Source: Macrostomum lignano
Taxonomy: Eukaryota
Assembly (NCBI GenBank): GCA_002269645.1
Contig: NIVC01003174.1
Span: forward strand, 50,161-114,160
DNA length: 64,000 nt
Direction of reading: 5' to 3'
Positions 48,601-60,722 of this stretch are shown piece after piece. Each line of letters begins with the position of its first letter. Position 1 is the stretch's first letter. The notes below the pieces were generated by a model. That model did no database searches. It saw only the letters and a program-made list of their open reading frames with translations, and was not told the DNA's origin. Position numbers and translations under genes: made by a program.

Positions 48601-51600
48601 TTGTCAGGGCGGATTATCAGAGATTGACAGGGCGGATTATCAGAGATTGTCAGGGCGGATTATCAGAGATTGCCAGGGCGGATTATCAGAGATTGTCAGG
48701 TCGGAATATCAGAGATTGTCAGGGCGGATTATCAGAGATTGACAGGGCGGATTATCAGAGATTGCCAGGGCGGATTATCAGAGATTGTCAGGGCGGATTA
48801 TCAGAGATTGTCAGGGCGGATTATCAGAGATTGTCAGGGCGGATTATCAGAGATTGTCAGGGCGGATTATCAGAGATTGTCAGGGCGGATTATCAGAGAT
48901 TGTCAGGGCGGATTATCAGAGATTGTCAGGGCGGATTATCAGAGATTTTAAGGTCGGATTATCAGAAATTGTCAGGGCGGATTATCAGAGATTGCCAGGG
49001 CGGATTATCAGAGATTGTCAGGGCGGATTATCAGAGATTGTCAGGGCGACTTACAGAAACTTTAGAATAGATTGTAGAGGACTTTAGGGCAGCTTATTAT
49101 TGGTAGGTTATAAGAGATTTCAAGGCATTATTGGTAGCTTATTGAAGAATTTTATGACAGCAGTTGACAGACACGAACCGGCAAAAGCAACGGGGAACCA
49201 GAGAGCGCCAGGGTCGCCGCCAGTGCCGTTAGCCGACACAAAGCTAGCCAGGGCCTCGCGCAGTCGCTCGCACCATTCGTCCAGTCGAGCCAACGGATCC
49301 TCCTCGTTGACGTCCTGGAAGCCGGCGCTGCCGTTAGCCTCGGCCTGGCAGAGTAGAGCGAGGCCGCGCAACCAGAAAGCGGGCCGCTCCTGGGCGCTGT
49401 TGACCAGCTGGTCAAAGATCTGGCCGGCCAGGCCTAAGCGGCCGTGCTTGCTGGCGGCCCGGGCGATGCGGTAGGCCTGAGCGGAATGAGAGTTAAAAAA
49501 CATTCTTATGGTTAATTATTAGGATGCCTAAACGCATTAGAAATTTCCTTGTTCTTTAATCATCAAACCTGTCAATCTTGAAAATCCCAATCCCAAAACT
49601 TTCCCAACCCAAAACTTCCCCATCCTGAATAAATCTTTCTACCCCGAAATTTCCCAGCCCCGAATCTTCCCAATCCCGAAACTTCCAATCTCGAATCTTC
49701 CCTATCCTGAATCTTCCCAATCCCGAAACTTCCAATCCCGAATCTCCTAATCCCGAAACTTCCAATCTCGAATCTTCCCTATCCTGAATCTTCCCAATCC
49801 CGAAACTTCCAATCTCGAATCTTCCCTATCCTGAATCTTCCCAATCCCGAAACTTCCAATACCGAATCTTCCCTATCCTGAATCTTCCTAATCCCGAAAC
49901 TTCCAATCTCGAATCTTCCCTATCCTGAATCTTCCCAATCTCGAAGCTTCCAATCCCGAATCTCCCAATCCCGAAACTTCCCTATCCTGAATCTTCCCAG
50001 TCCCGAAACTTCCAATCCCGAAACTTCCAATTTCGAATCTTCCCTATCCTGAATCCTCCCAATCCCGAAACTTCCAATCCTGAATCTTCCCAATCCCGAA
50101 ACTTCCAATACCGAATCTTCCAAACTTTATTAAACCCATAAATCCTATATACTAAAAATGAAATGTGTGTCTCTGTGAGATAGATTTCAGAAAAAACGGC
50201 TTAACCGATTTTCTTCAAACTTGCACCATTCGATCAGAAATTTTCCTGGGACGGTACATGCATCTTGGCTAAGAAATTGCTCAATTTTAAAGGGATTAAA
50301 TATTCGAAAAACATGCTTTTTTGCAAAGGTCAAGCAGCTCTTTCGACCTGAAATGCATTGTAAGAATGCTAGAGAAAAAACTGACTGACTGAATTCTGAT
50401 TCTGACAAAGATTGCATCACAACAAGTTGAAAACAGTGCCGAAGAAATGCACACACGACTTGAATGAAATTGCGTAACCATATTGGCAACTTAAATTGAG
50501 ACTGATTCTGGCTGACTGAGAAATTGATTATGTCATAACTTTTTACTCCAATTGACTTGCTGTAAGAATTGAATTATAAGGGCCACAATTTATGTTCTCC
50601 AATTGAAAAAGATAGCCCAGATGCGAACAGACTGGAATGCTAATGTAGCGACTTGGGTTCGAATCTTAGTAGGGCAAAAAAGATTTTTTTTTATTAAAAC
50701 ACCTTAAAAACACAAAACTTCTAAACATAAAAGAAGCGCAATGTCAAACATAGAAGAGCCACCATGTCGAACATAAAAGAGCTAACATATCGAATATTAA
50801 AGAGCCACCATGTCAAACCTAAACGAGCCACCATGTCTAATATTTAAGAGGCACCATATAAAACATATAAGTGACTTTATGTCAAACATAAAAGAGCCAC
50901 CATTTCTAACATTAAACAGCCACCATTTCGAACATTAAAGAGCCACCATTTCGAAAATAAAAGAGTCACTATTTCGAACATCAAAGAGCCACTATGTCAA
51001 ACATTTAGGAGCCACTTTTTCGAACATTAAAGAGCCACCATGTCAAACATAAAAGAGCCAACATGTCAAACATAAAAGAGCCAACATGTCAAACATAAAG
51101 AGTCACCATGTCAAACATTTAAGAGCCACCATGTCAAACATATATGTGACTTTGTGTTAAACATTAAAGAGCCACCATTTCGAACATTAAAGAGCCACCA
51201 TGTCAAACATGAAAGAGCTATAACATGAAGAATATTAAAGAGCCACCATGTCGAACATAAAAGAGCTGCCATGTAAAATAACAAAGAGCTACCAAGTTAA
51301 ACATAAAAGAGCCACCATGTAAAACATTAAAGAGCCACCATGTGAAACATTAAAGAGCCACATTGTCAAACCTAGAAGAGCCACCATGTCGAACATAACA
51401 GAGCTACCATGTCAAACATTAAAGAGCCACCATGTCAAACATTCAAAAGTTACATTGTCAAACATTGAAGAGCCACTATGTCAAACATTTAGGAGCCACT
51501 TTGTCGAACATTAAAGAGCCAACATGTCAGACATTAAAAAAGCCACCGTATCAAATAAAAAGAGTTAACATGTAGAACAAAAAAGAGCCACCATTTCGAA

Positions 51601-54600
51601 CATAAAAGAGCCAACATGTCAAACATAAAGAGCCACCATGTCAAACATTTAAGAGCCACCATGTCAAACATATATGTGACTTTATGTCAAACATTAAAGA
51701 GCCACCATTTCGGACATAACAGAGCTACCATGTAAAACATTAAAGAGCCACCATGTCAAACATTAAAGAGCCACCATGTCGAACATAAAAGAGCCACCAT
51801 GTCAAACCTAAAAGAGCCACCATGTCGAAAATAAAAGAGCCACTATTTCGAACATTAAAGAGCCACCATTTCGAACATTAAAGAGCCACCATGTCGACCA
51901 TAAAAGAGCCACTATTTCGAACATTAAATATCCACCATGTCAAACATAAAAGAGCCAACATGTCAAACATAAAAGAGCCAACATGTCAAACATAAAGAGC
52001 CACCATGTCGAAAATGAAAGAGCCACTATTTCGAACATTAAAGAGCCACCATTTCGAACATTAAAGAGCCACCATGTCGAACATTAAAGAGCCACCATGT
52101 CGAACATTTAAGAGCCACCATGTTAAACCTAAAAGAGCCACCATGTTAAACCTAAAAGAGCCACCATGTTAAACCTAAAAGAGCCACCATGTTAAACCTA
52201 AAAGAGCCACCATGTTAAACCTAAAAGAGCCACCATGTCAAACCTAAAAGAGCCACCATTTCGAACATATAAGTGACTTTATGTCAAACATTAAAGAGCC
52301 ACCATGTCAAACATTAAAGAGCCACCATGTAAAACAAAAGAGCCACCATTTCGAACATTAAAGAGCCACCATGTCAAACATTTAAGAGCCACCATGTTAA
52401 ACATAAAAGAGCCACTATGTTGAACATTAAACAGCCATCATGTCAAACCTAAAAGATCCACAATTTCGAACACTTAAGAGCCACAATGTAGAATATTAAA
52501 GAGCTACCATGTCAAACATTTAAGAGCCACCATGTCAAACATTTAAGAGCCACCACGTAAAACATTAAAGAGCCACCATTTGAAACATTAAAGAGTCACC
52601 ATGTCAAACATTTAAGAGCCACCATGTCAAACATTTAAGAGCCACCATGTCAAACATAAAAGAGCCACCATGTCAAACCTAAAAGAGCCACCATGTCGAA
52701 CATAAAAGAGCCACCATGTCAAACCTAAAAGAGCCACCATGTCGAACATAAAAGAGCTATACCATGAAAAAAATTAAAGAGCCACTATCTCGAACATTAA
52801 AGAGCCACCATGTCAAACATTTAAGAGCCACCATGTCAAACATTTAAGAGCCACCATGTCAAACCTAAAAGAGCCACCATGTCAAACCTAAAAGAGCCAC
52901 CATGTCAAACCTAAAAGAGCCACCATGTCGAACATAAAAGAGCTATACCATGAAAAACATTAAAGAGCCACTTTCTCGAACATTAAGGAGCCACCATGTC
53001 AAACATTTAAAAGCCACCTTGTCAAACATTAAATAGCCACTTTGTCGAACATTAAAGAGTCACTGTGTCAAACATAAAAGAGCCACTGTTTCAAACATAA
53101 AAGAGCCACCAGGTTAAACATTAAAGAGCCACCATGTCAAACAATAAAGAGGCACCATGTCAAACATAAAAGAGCCACCATGTCTGACATTAAAAAGCCA
53201 TCGTTTCAAACATAAAACAGTTGCCATGTAGAACTTAAAACAGCCACCATGTCAAACATAAAATTTACACAATTTCAAACATAAAAGTAAGCGAATTTTA
53301 AAGGAGCCACTATAATGCTAAGGAAATTATCGCACTAGCTACTTATTGTCTGGTGGATGCTTGCTATTTGGGGATGCTATCTATGTAGGGGATGCTTGCT
53401 ATCTGGCGGATGCTTGCTATCTGGGGATGCTTGCTATCTGGGGGATGCTTGCTATCTGGGGGTTGCTTGTAATCTGGAAGATGCCTGCTATCTGGCGGAT
53501 GCTTGCTATCTGGGGGATGCTTGCTATCTGGGGGATGCTTGCTATCTGGGGGATGCTTGCTATCTGGGGGATGCTTGCTATCTGGGGGTTGCTTGTAATC
53601 TGGAAGATGCTTGCTATCTGGCGGATGCTTGCTATCTGGAAGATGCTTGCTATCTGGGGGATGCTTGCTATCTGGGGGATGCTTGCTATCTGGGGGATGC
53701 TTGCTATCTGGGGGATGCTTGCTATCTGGGGGTTGCTTGTAATCTGGAAGATGCTTGCTATCTGGGGGATGCTTGCTGTCTTGGGATGATTTCTTTTTGC
53801 TTCCTTTGAGTATTTTGTCGGTTTTTTTTTGTGAAGGCCTTTTTTGGCTATCTTTTTGTTACTTGTAGAGAACAGAGGTTCTATACAGATGTCCCCCAAC
53901 GGGGGGCGAAGATTGCTAGTTTGCTACCTCTAAAATTGTAAATTAAATGCGAAAGATCTCCAGCTACTAAGTTTATTATAGCAAAAATGAATTTACAACA
54001 TATCGGTCAATTACCTGCCAGTTATTAAGCCCTCCCAGCGAGCTCAACACGGCGGCATCCTGACTAGGCAATGGACGCCCCACCCTGCAACAGTCGGTCT
54101 TGAACAGGAGCGCGCAGGCGGCCTCGATTTGCTCGGCGGAGGCGCCATCTTGGCGCTTGCTCAGCCAGCCGGCCAGCCAATCGGCACAGTCGATACCCGG
54201 CCGGCACCGGACAGTCAGGCTTGCGAGGCACCGGACAGCGCGTATCCCCAGATGCCGCTGAGCGTCGCCGCCGCCGGCATTCAGCAAGTCGGCTAACAAA
54301 TCAGGCGTAAACAACACGTCGCCTAGGTGAGGAAATCTGCCTAGCAACGAGTGCCAGGCGCCTAGCAACCGATTGAGCGCCGGCTCGACAGCGGCGGCAA
54401 CCGAACGAGGCAATCGATCCGCTAGCAGAGCCGCCAGCTCTTCAGCTAAATCGGCGTCTCCGTTTGCTACTGCAATGCGGACGGCGACGTCCAGCGCTAG
54501 GGCGACACCGATGCCGACGCCATCAGCCGAATCAGCGTAGACAATCCGGCGCAGCAGAGGCAGCAGTCCGGCCTCCAGCAGCAGGCGGTAGGCGTCTCCG

Positions 54601-55646
54601 TAAGCCAAAGCGCCGGCTACCTGCAGGCCGTCATCGACAACCAACGCATCCTCGGCGCCAGCTGGCGTAGCCGACGACGCAGCAGCCGTTGCCGTCGCAG
54701 CCTCAATGAAACGAACAAGCCGGCAAACCTCGGCCAGAGTCCAGTGGTGCGCCGCGGCTGGACCGGCCATGGCGAGCAGGTTGGCTAGCAGGATTCGGCG
54801 AAGGCGAGGCCGAGTCTCGCCCCCTGAGTCCCCACGGTCGTCGCCATCGTTGGCTTCACTGTTTTCAACGTCGGGCAGCTTGCCGGACAGTAGTCGGCGG
54901 CAGTGCAGCTGCAGGGTGGCTGGCAGGCTAGCAGGTGACATCAGCGACAGTCTGGTGAGCACGCGGAGCAGCACAGACTGAGCCTCAGTAGCCGGACAGT
55001 CAACCAGCTCGCCCCGAAGCCGGTCCAACAGCAGGCCAATGGCGTCCCCGCCAGCCCGGCCGAGGCTGCAGCAGGCGGCGTACAGGGCGAGTTTAGTTCG
55101 CGGGTCGACGCGCAGATCGCCAACCGAGGCTAATAGCCGGTCAGCGGCGCCGCGGCTTAGCGCCGGCGATAGCGGCGCCAAACGATGGGTAGCCCAGACG
55201 GCGGCTTCGAGTTCAACTGGCCAGTGAGAGTCGAGCGCGGAGCAGACGGCGCTGTGCACAGAGCAGTTGTCTGCAGTGAGGCCTGGCAGGCTGGCTAACA
55301 GACGAACGGCCAGAGCTCTAGCTGACGGATCGTTTGAATGGCACACTCCTAGCACTATCTTGATGACGTAATCGCTATTGCGCACCTTGCTACTGTCCAG
55401 GTGTTGGGCGCACTGCTGGCACACGTATAGAATAGACAGACGTTGAAAATTGCTACCATCACGGAATAGATCGACAATCTTAGAAAAGATTGCATTGATC
55501 ACTACAGGGAATGGATACCTGTGCACTAGGATTGGGAATTTTAATAGAGCCTGGCTCTGCTCGGCGGGCACGTTCGATCGGAGACCGTTGTTGATCTCGT
55601 TAATCAGGTAGTTGGCGTCCTTCTCAGACTCTAGTACCAGCGCCAT
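45661..55646 (-). CDS. INTS7: Integrator complex subunit 7, ~983 aa. Exons: 55646-54015, 49476-49179, 48431-47963, 46213-45661
   Basis: N-terminus DANYLINEINNGLRS..EQSQALLKFPILVHRYPFPVVIN..SNDPSARALAVRLLASL; NWQAYRIARAA across a junction; DADPGSL; LPRYFFQRLQRTRISL. Summed exons are 2952 nt, in frame. Confidence 0.92.
46245..47215. repeat. 20-bp minisatellite in INTS7 last intron
   Basis: tggattgctaatctagctta x~48. Confidence 0.95.
47332..47433. other. ~100-bp imperfect palindrome with GCGAAGC core
   Basis: tgtgtatatggtttt..tagacaatgataaatttt / aaaatttatcattgtcta..aaaaccatatacaca around gtggcgaagccac. Confidence 0.8.
48470..49050. repeat. 23-bp minisatellite in INTS7 intron 2
   Basis: cagggcggattatcagagattgt x~25. 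Confidence 0.95.
49600..50125. repeat. Degenerate C-rich array in INTS7 intron 1
   Basis: aatcccgaaacttcc / aatcttccctatcctg repeats. Confidence 0.9.
50740..53300. repeat. 22-23-bp degenerate minisatellite, ~2.5 kb
   Basis: aaagagccaccatgtcaaacat variants, over 100 copies. Confidence 0.95.
53355..53780. repeat. 18/19-bp minisatellite with G runs
   Basis: gggggatgcttgctatct repeats. Confidence 0.95.
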
Positions 55647-55709
55647 GCGGCCAGCTACTCACTGTACGCTGAAATATAGACGTTATGCACAATATACATT
55701 AACCACATA

Positions 55710-56335
55710 TAACTGAGGATCTGGAAGTTTGGCTGTAACACCTGAGGATCTGGCAGTTTGGCTGTAACACCTGAGGATCTGGCAGTTTGGCTGTAACAAC
55801 TGAGGATCTGGCAGTTTGGCTGTAACAACTGAGGATCTGGGAGTTTGGCTGTAACAACTGAGGATCTGGCAGTTTGGCTGTAACAACTGAGGATCTGGGA
55901 GTTTGGCTGTAACAACTGAGGATCTGGCAGTTTGGCTGTAACAACTGAGGATCTGGCAGTTTGGCTAAAACAACTGAGGATCTGGCAGTTTGGCTGTAAC
56001 AACTGAGGATCTGGGAGTTTGGCTGTAACAACTGAGGATCTGGGAGTTTGGCTAAAACAACTGAGGATCTGGGAGTTTGGCTAAAACAACTGAGGATCTG
56101 GGAGTTTGGCTAAAACAACTGAGGATCTGGGAGCTTGGCTGTAACAACTGAGGATCTGGGAGTTTGGCTGTAACAACTGATGATCTGGGAGTTTGGCTGC
56201 AACTGGGGATCTGGGAGTTTGGCTGCAACTGGGGATCTGGGAGTTTGGCTGCAACTGGGGATCTGGGAGTTTGGCTGCAACTGGGGATCTGGGAGTTTGG
56301 CTGCAACTGGGGATCTGGGAGTTTGGCTGTAACAC
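55710..56335. repeat. 29/25-bp minisatellite just upstream of INTS7 ATG
   Basis: actgaggatctggcagtttggctgtaaca repeats. Confidence 0.95.
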
Positions 56336-57828
56336 TAACATTTAAGGACATTAACACTGGTTGCTTCGTAACACTTTGGTAAAACTAGCCTAGATAATTA
56401 ATTAACGCGTTAATCAGCGCCTTTATTTTACAGTCACAAGCGATCTAGATAGGTGAACTGAAACCCAATCTTGACGCATGATAAATGCCGACAAAAAACA
56501 TCAAATAGACATCTTTTCACTTTCACTTAAGGCTACAATCACTTAATAAAGAGGATGTTTAAAAAGAGAGAAAAGCAACTGAAAGTGCAAGCGCAACAAG
56601 CACGCGGATTAGAAGTGAAACAAAACAAAAAGCAGCTGGCTAAGCCTGCATCCGCCTACACACACGCACTCACAGGCGCAAGAACAGAACAGGTCACTGC
56701 GGTCAAAGCTCCACAACACCATCAATTAGCATAATTAACGCCAACTGAAAAAGGAGCAGCGGAAGGTGAGAATTAGAAAAACACACGAGACGAAGAGAAC
56801 GTTGCCAAACAGATTGAATATAAAGAAATCTGATACTAGGACCGCACCACCGCAAGAGAAAGAATTGGTGCCAGCAACGTAGCAACTAGTGATTCATTCA
56901 AAAAGCTGTAAAAACTGAAATCCAACTAAAATATCCACTGCATGCTTTTCAATGAGTCCCAAAAAACGAAACAAAGTTTAAAAAACAGTGAATACAACAG
57001 TGACGATGCTATACAAATCATTATAGCTAGTTGACCAACATATCATTTAGCATAACATGTATATTAAAATCTATGCGTCCATATAGGCTCAGTATATGCT
57101 ACTGTAAGTAGGCTGATAGGGTACTAAACTGGATTGAGAAATTTGCAGCATATAATGGTGCAATCATTTGAATATTATTAATATTCAGTGCCATCAGGAC
57201 TCATTCTACTCATTGTAGCATATTTGAAAGAATAATTTAGTGATGAGAATCTGTCTTTCACTTCAACTGAATTCACCTCATTTTTTAATGAGTGACATCA
57301 AAATCACATTAACCAAAATGATGCTGCATAGGCCCTTCCAAGCTAGAGGGTTGGCTTCTAGTTTAGTTTGTGACAGTAGATTGAAACATCTTTCTTTTGA
57401 AACAATCATTATTGTTTTTGTAATCTTAATAGCAAATTGTATTAAAACTTTCAAACTACTTATAAAACTAAGCAAAGTAAGCAAGTAGACATCTGGCCTT
57501 TATTTTTATTTAAACTACTTAGTTATTGCAACCATATATTTGAAAGTATTTACTATAGTTTAGTTAAATTACCTTGTTAAAATCTTTTAAAAAATTAATT
57601 TTCATTGTCTAAATTTTTATAACTTAATAAATAATTTTATTCTTAATCATATTTCTATACAACTTAATACCTATATATGCAGAACTATAGATAATTGAAC
57701 CTAACAAAAATATTTACCAATATTAACATAGTAAAAACAGTAAACATTTCTGATCAAATGGCCCAAGTTTGAAGAAAATTGAACTCTTTCTAAAAACCTT
57801 TCTAAAGTCATTCTTTTTAAAACCTATA

Positions 57829-60722
57829 TAGGCATTCCAATCCTGGGATCCGGGGATAGCAGGATTTAGCCTCAAAACACGGGATTTCAATCCCAGGATA
57901 TTTTGGGACTTGAAATTTTGGGATTTATGATCCTTGGGATTACAACAGTGTGGGATTGGGATCCCAGGATTGTAAGGCTTAAATCCCGGGATTGTTTTGG
58001 GATTCAAACTGATTTTAATTTTCTTGTTTCAACTAAAATAATCATGTAAAATTTGAAAAAAAGATTCAACTTTAAAAAATATGAAATAATACAACTGCAG
58101 TCTGCATGTCTGTATCGAAATCACACATAAAAAGCAGCAAAATTTGTTAGAGCAGTTTGTCAAGCAGAAATTTATTTTTTTTGTTTTGTAAGGCGTAATT
58201 TAATTTCACATGTTTGTGAGTTGCGTCTTGCATGATGTCTAACACTGTAATGTGGCATTAAACATGACATTCACTTTGATAATTTACATTGATATTGTAT
58301 AGCTAGCTATATAACCTATATTAAAACAAGTTATTTTTGTTGTAATCAATTATTATCAATTATCTTTTATGGATAAATATTATTTATTATTATCAAACAA
58401 TCTTCTATTTCTACTTGTATAATAACTAAGCAAAGAGAAGTTTATTGCGTAAATATACTAGTTTGGACCATTAGCTATCATTATAAATATCATAATTATA
58501 AAAAATATTATTATTATAAAATTGTTACAAAATTATTTATTATTATTACTCACTGTATTTACTTATATACTTCTAGATATAGTAGGCCTAGCTTGCTTAC
58601 TATACTAGCAGTAAGTAGTGTAGTATTTATGGAGGTATGACTATGGTTGTAACTGTAACTTGTAATCATCTGAGGTCTACCTAGTACTCTAGGTTCATTA
58701 CTTTGTCTTAAAAAAAAAACTTAGTCCCAAGAGGGCCAAGACACTTTTAAATTGCTTATCTTATTGATTAGAATCCTAGACCAGCTAGCACTTTTTGATT
58801 TAATATCCCTCCTGTTTATGCTTAAATGCAAATATTTCAGTGTACCATGGCATCAAATTCTGTAATAATGTTTTGTACTCCTATTTTAATTTTAACTTTA
58901 AATTAAAGTAAATTTTAAAGTGAAGTGCTAAGCTAACATAAATTATTATACTAACATAATTAAATTTAATAGCGTGTACCACAGATGGTGCTTTGGTCAT
59001 GGTGAAACTGACCAGGCTACTGAAAATTGAGCACCAACAGTGCCACACCCATGGTATCCATCTTGCTGTATTGGACGTAATCTACAATCAAAAACTACCT
59101 GAGACCACTGAGCCAGATGTTGTTGAGCAGGCGTCAGTCCAACGACAAAGATGAAGAGATAGAAGAGGACAATATTGAATGGTCAGTAAATGACCATGAT
59201 ACCAAGGAAATCAAATTCAGCAGCGATATTAGAGTGTCATTTAATCATCATCGAGAAGTGATTCTTATCTTTCACCATAGCCCCACGCGAAATGACACTC
59301 TCCAGAGCTTTGTGTGGGCTCAGCATGGCAAGGAACTTAAGCTTATTGTTTATGTCAAAACACATTGGAATTCGCTCCTTGACATGGTGCAGCATTTTTC
59401 TTCTGTTGGAGGCGTCCATGCACAGTGCTATGCTTCATCTTGGATTAGAGTCACCACTTAAACTAGAAGATCTGGAGCAGCTTCGAGATCTGTGCACTGC
59501 ACTTCAGCCTCTAAGTCTTATTGTTACTATGCTGTCAAGCCATAGTTATAATTTACTCAAAGCTGGAGCTGCATTCAACTTTGCTATTAAAGAGCTTCAA
59601 TCTCAGAGAAGCAGACTTGCCAATGATTTACTGAATGCTTTAGAAAAGCGTTTTATTCAATGGCAGGGTGGCACCTTATTGGCTCTACAGTTTCTGAAGC
59701 GCAAAGGCTACATCGCCAATAGTAATTCCGAATTTAATGCCGCAAAATCCATGCTAATCTCCATTGCTAAGAACCTTGATCTAGTATCCACTGCCACAAC
59801 CTTTGCTGCTGAAGCACAAGGAACTTCTGCCTTCAGGTAATCAAATTGTGTAAATACACAACTTTTAATATTTGATAGTTATATAATTCAATTCTATTTT
59901 TTCTTGTACAATGACAGTAATGGCTCTCAGCCTCGGGCTCTATAGGAAGTGTCCAACAACTTAACAATGGCGGAGCGACTCAATGCTGAGTTGGACAAGC
60001 TGGAGACAGACAGCGACAGCAACTGTTCTGATGCTGCAGGACAAGAATGTAAAGTGGAACGTGTAGTTGGATGCAAAATAGAATTTATTATTATGCGATC
60101 TACTGGCCAATTGGGCAAGCTGCTGATGACGCTAAACTGTGCCCTTTTGTCCATTGCACCAACTAGTGTTGAAGCAGAAAGGGCATTTTCTGCCGCTGCC
60201 ATTTTGATGACTCGAATTTGTTCTCGCCTAGGTGATGAGACCTTATCAAAGCTGTGCATGCTTCTGTCTCATTTCCAAAAATCACGATAACTGAAATGAT
60301 AAATTTCTGAACTGCTACAACAGAATACGAGTCATTAACAAATGATACTGAAATATACAGAAAGATACAGAATGATCTAATGATTCTTCATTCTAAGGAT
60401 TCTGTAAGGATATTGTAGGGTTGATAAATAAATCATGCTTGATTTACTTTAATCCTTTAATCTTTTATTAATTCACGCTTTAAAACTAATAAGTAAAATT
60501 TTAACTATTTTACTTACTTTGTGGTTGTGGTGGAAGCTGGATGCAGATGTTTCAATACATTTGATTTTGGGATCCCAGGATTTTTTTGAACTTTGAAGTG
60601 GGATCCCAGGATTATTCTCAGTTGGGATTTTCTGGGATTATTGATCCCAGGATTTTAAACTATCAAGATTTCAGGATTTCTCAATCCTGGGATTGTAAAT
60701 TGTTGGGATTTTAAAATCCCTA
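57829..60722 (+). mobile_element. Decayed hAT DNA transposon (~2.9 kb) with perfect 8-bp TSD
   Basis: Ends TAGGCATT...AATCCCTA flanked by AACCTATA at 57821-57828 and 60723-60730; dense subterminal ATCCCAGGAT/GGGATT motifs at both ends; transposase fragments inside. Confidence 0.9.
58979..60290 (+). pseudogene. Frameshifted hAT transposase remnant
   Basis: TTDGA..QCHTHGIHLAV (catalytic D and CxxH), VKTHWNSLLDM (TRWNS-like), and hATC dimerisation motif PTSVEAERAFSAA..SRLGDETLSKL, spread over different frames. Confidence 0.85.

Larger units (their letters stand above)
50143..53919 (+). mobile_element. Probable non-autonomous Helitron-like element carrying two internal tandem arrays
   Basis: 5' A|TCCTATATACTAAAAATG followed by AAAACGGCTTAACCGATTTTCTTCAAACTTG; 3' hairpin CCCCC-AAC-GGGGG ~10 nt before CTAG|T; no TSD. 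Confidence 0.55.

Noticed and set aside
49520-50147. TAGGAT...ATCCTA as TIRs around the AATCCCG array (possible hAT derivative)
   Set aside because: Only 6 bp of inverted match and no 8-bp TSD.
50630-50680. B-box-like GGTTCGAATC
   Set aside because: No clear A box or cloverleaf; at most a degenerate SINE or tRNA fragment.
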